64,000 nt of DNA, taken from contig CAXRIF010000002.1 in assembly GCA_964231325.1 (NCBI GenBank), forward strand, positions 5,908 to 69,907. Reading direction: 5' to 3'. This DNA comes from Rickettsiales bacterium (GTDB lineage: Bacteria > Pseudomonadota > Alphaproteobacteria > Rickettsiales > SXRF01). A model generated the notes under the pieces. It searched no databases, was not told the origin of the DNA, and worked only from the letters and a program-made list of their open reading frames with translations. Positions 61,047-64,000 of this stretch are shown one piece after another. Made by a program: the position numbers and the translations under genes. Every line of letters begins with the position of its first letter. Positions within the stretch are counted from its first letter, which is position 1.

Positions 61047-64000
61047 TTGTCGCAAGAAACCAACCAACATAAGAACTGGCTGACTTCGATCCCTGATCGT
61101 TTGAGTTACGGTTGGCACGCGCCCGAACAACGTTTCGAGTGGATCCATCTGACACGCCGCCGCCTTTTCCGTAATCTGGCGAATATTCCGGGCGAATTAA
61201 TTGGCTGGTCGATTACCACTAAAGCGCGCGGCAAAAAACCACTACTTCCGGATTTTAGCGGCGATACCTCCTACTCAAATCCCGGACAGCTTATCGACTC
61301 CAGTTTGCTTACCGGTATTTTATTTAAGCAGGTGCTTGATATCAGCGCAAAGTTTGGCCTATCCACTTATGTCAAAACAACGGTTGCGGGTTATAACCGT
61401 AATGAAGATTATAAAGGACTGATGGCGAGTGCTGCCAGCTTGCGCAACATTGCGATAGAGGCAGTACAATCTGATCCAAACTTACAAGAATGGGCACAGC
61501 AATTAGCCGAACGCGATGATGGCGCGTTACTCAAACTCAGCCGACATAATGAGCAAGCCAGCCAAATCATGATGGATTTAGCGCAGGGTCAATTACTACC
61601 AACCCAGGAAAACCTCGATGTGTTGCAAACACAGATGCAGGCCATGTCAGAGCTGGCCGATCAAAAAGCTGGGCTTATTTCACGCCCCGCCACTACGCAC
61701 CCCGCGCCCGATCATCCCGCCTATCACCTATTGGAGCAGCACAAACCGCAATTAGCAGCTGATATACGCTATGGAAAGCACGAGCGCCCAAGCCAGCATA
61801 TACGTGACGTATTAAAAGCAAACCGGCTGAATGATGCTAAGGAGGCGGTCATTTATCTGGCAACACTTTCTGGGCTGGTTGCCGACGGCGCTGTAGATAT
61901 CAGCAGCGAGTTATTTACCTTAAAAGATGACGATTTTTTCACCGCAAAAGATGCGCGAAAAGTGCGTCACGCCATGGAAGGCATCCCTAAAAATAGAGGG
62001 GTTGTTGCCATAGCAAACCACTTAAAATCGCAATTACGCGATGTGGAAAAACGCATTGAACCATTGCTGGCTTATGCAGATTTACATTATGCCGATATTG
62101 ATCAGCAATTAATCAGGAATGCGCCACACGATACCCAAACTTCGGTGTCTGTGCCTCCTCACCAAAAACCGCCTACGGGTGCAAATACCGCTCGCCCCAC
62201 ACAGCCATATTATTCTCCTAATCAGGTTGGTCTGGAATATATTGTGCGCGATGAAGCCAAGCACGAGATGGTAAAACTCTATTCGCGTAGCTTGCCAAAC
62301 TATTTATATCAAGCCCCCATCAATCTGGTTGAGCGCCTTATCCTGCCCAACGCCAAAGGCAAATGGGAGTTTAACCGCAACATAGTCGGTGGAGAATTAA
62401 AAGCCGCTTCCTGGATGGCGCTTTATAATCCCGTAGCCGAATCGTTTGGCGGTGTTAGTCTTTACGAGGCAACACGTTTGGATATCCATCGCGCAGCGGA
62501 AGCAGGCAAACGCATGGATGCATTTATGGCAGCCGCTGTACGCAGTGCAGAGCAAGCGGATCCTGATTTCAAGCACCAGATGCGTGCGTTAACCAGCAAT
62601 CATCAATATCAGTCAATTATCGACCAGCATCGCGACATACTCAATAAGCCCGCACAAGAACGCACGCACGATGATTATCTGGCCATCTCCAAAATGATGC
62701 GCAGCCTACAGAATCACGCAGAAAAAGCTGAAGAGCAAACACGCGTGCTTATGACGGGCAGCAACGACGAATCCTCTCTGAAGCAGCATGTTGCCAATGT
62801 CTTGACCAACGGAGCAAAGACAACAGCAGATGCATTAATGGTTTTCACCCTGACGCGCTTTTTAGAGGAAGCGGCTGCCGGCGATATTCTTTCCTACGAA
62901 TATGTGGACCCCGATGCCATGGTTATGGATCGCGAGGCACTCAGGCGCGTTTCCAATAGCGTGCTAGCCACGGCAGAACGCCGCGGCCTGATGATTGCGG
63001 GTGAATCCATAGATGAACATGGAAAACGCATACGCGTGGGAGAGCGCGAAGCTATTTCCGCAGGCACTCTGGTGCGCAAAACACCGCAAGGACAGTTTGT
63101 GGCGCTTACCAATGAAGAGTTTATTGGTTTTGCCAATGATGTGGTGAAAACCATCGGTCAGGATCAGGCCGCACTGGTGCAAAAATTCCTTACCGCTTCG
63201 CGGGGAATGCTTAGCGACAAAATGATACATGATGCAGAGCGTTCAATACTTGAACAGTTCCAGCCAGAACAGAAAACACCTGACACACAAACAACGCCAA
63301 GCTTTGCACACAAAGTAATGCTTGAAAAAGCCACAGCTCATCCAACGGCACGGCCAACCATCAAAGAGCGTATGGATTATGTCACCCGTGCCGAATCCGT
63401 ACATGAGATGACACAACTACGTAATCGTTATTTGGCGGTAGCCATGTTTGGCTTCCCTGTAAAAATCGTGACCAATATATTGCGTGGTGATTTCAATAAA
63501 ATCAGTGCGGCGTTTGGCAAATGGAGCCTTGCCAGTGCTGGGTTTGCAGCCGTCGCCAATACACTGGCACCAAGCTATGGTGCCGTTGCCATGAAAGAAG
63601 CCGCGGCTGCTGGCAACATCAAACTAAAACAGGAAACCGAGCAGGCAGATGCACATATTCAAGCTGCCATTCACCAGCTAGGCGCATCATCTCCCGCCAT
63701 GCGAGACAGGCTTATTTCATCACTGGGTGTCAACCCGTTATTAGGCAGCGAGCGTGCGATCGAGCAATTAGCCTTAGCTGATCCCATCTCGGCTTTAGAC
63801 AATGTCGCCGGAGCCTTTATCGACCACACAGCAACAGCGCTTGCCGGCAGCCCACAACCCATATTGTCAGGTAAAGCAGCAAAACCTGCCGAATTACTGG
63901 CGAGCATCATGAGGTTGCCCGAAGGCAATGCTGCTAATGCGGCGTTAAAACTGGCCGCTTTGTCATCTATCCTGCAACACGAAAAACGCTATATTGATGT
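61047..64000 (+). CDS. Large orphan protein (>984 aa, partial) with ~380-aa tandem divergent repeats
   Basis: Not in ORF track; hand translation from TTG 61047 shows no stop up to the window end; in-frame TAA at 61005 bounds it upstream. Confidence 0.85.
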   Translation, partial: MSQETNQHKNWLTSIPDRLSYGWHAPEQRFEWIHLTRRRLFRNLANIPGELIGWSITTKARGKKPLLPDFSGDTSYSNPGQLIDSSLLTGILFKQVLDISAKFGLSTYVKTTVAGYNRNEDYKGLMASAASLRNIAIEAVQSDPNLQEWAQQLAERDDGALLKLSRHNEQASQIMMDLAQGQLLPTQENLDVLQTQMQAMSELADQKAGLISRPATTHPAPDHPAYHLLEQHKPQLAADIRYGKHERPSQHIRDVLKANRLNDAKEAVIYLATLSGLVADGAVDISSELFTLKDDDFFTAKDARKVRHAMEGIPKNRGVVAIANHLKSQLRDVEKRIEPLLAYADLHYADIDQQLIRNAPHDTQTSVSVPPHQKPPTGANTARPTQPYYSPNQVGLEYIVRDEAKHEMVKLYSRSLPNYLYQAPINLVERLILPNAKGKWEFNRNIVGGELKAASWMALYNPVAESFGGVSLYEATRLDIHRAAEAGKRMDAFMAAAVRSAEQADPDFKHQMRALTSNHQYQSIIDQHRDILNKPAQERTHDDYLAISKMMRSLQNHAEKAEEQTRVLMTGSNDESSLKQHVANVLTNGAKTTADALMVFTLTRFLEEAAAGDILSYEYVDPDAMVMDREALRRVSNSVLATAERRGLMIAGESIDEHGKRIRVGEREAISAGTLVRKTPQGQFVALTNEEFIGFANDVVKTIGQDQAALVQKFLTASRGMLSDKMIHDAERSILEQFQPEQKTPDTQTTPSFAHKVMLEKATAHPTARPTIKERMDYVTRAESVHEMTQLRNRYLAVAMFGFPVKIVTNILRGDFNKISAAFGKWSLASAGFAAVANTLAPSYGAVAMKEAAAAGNIKLKQETEQADAHIQAAIHQLGASSPAMRDRLISSLGVNPLLGSERAIEQLALADPISALDNVAGAFIDHTATALAGSPQPILSGKAAKPAELLASIMRLPEGNAANAALKLAALSSILQHEKRYID

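Noticed and set aside
61201-63928. Short ORFs listed in the last 3 kb
   Set aside because: All lie out of frame or antisense within the single long ORF from 61047

Overview
Chromosomal window of an Alphaproteobacterium. Gene content and the T4SS type point to a deep-branching, not strongly reduced Rickettsiales-like lineage (inference). It carries housekeeping genes (clpB, prmC-prfA-hisS-ispG, lysC, ubiG, aspS, rnd, uvrB, typA, thiGS, aroQ, aat, ygfZ), a Tad/Cpa pilus operon (cpaBCDEF-tadBC) and a contiguous rvh-like VirB/D4 locus (virB2, a virB4 with degenerate Walker motifs, virB6, B8, B9, B10, B11, D4). Features not shown by the ORF track: (1) PHO-box-type direct repeats exactly 10 bp upstream of the -10 hexamers of both the virB2 and virB4 promoters; (2) a Fur-box-overlapped sigma70 promoter driving an orphan gene plus a heme-oxygenase-like protein with a hydrophobic anchor and an effector-like tail; (3) seven RPE-like palindromic elements in one orientation, each abutting the stop codon of a minus-strand gene, with covarying stems; (4) a second palindromic element inserted in frame in aat; (5) a >984-aa orphan ORF built of ~380-aa divergent repeats running off the right edge. 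No rRNA, tRNA, CRISPR array, transposase, integrase or relaxase was seen. All calls are by eye; no database searches were run.
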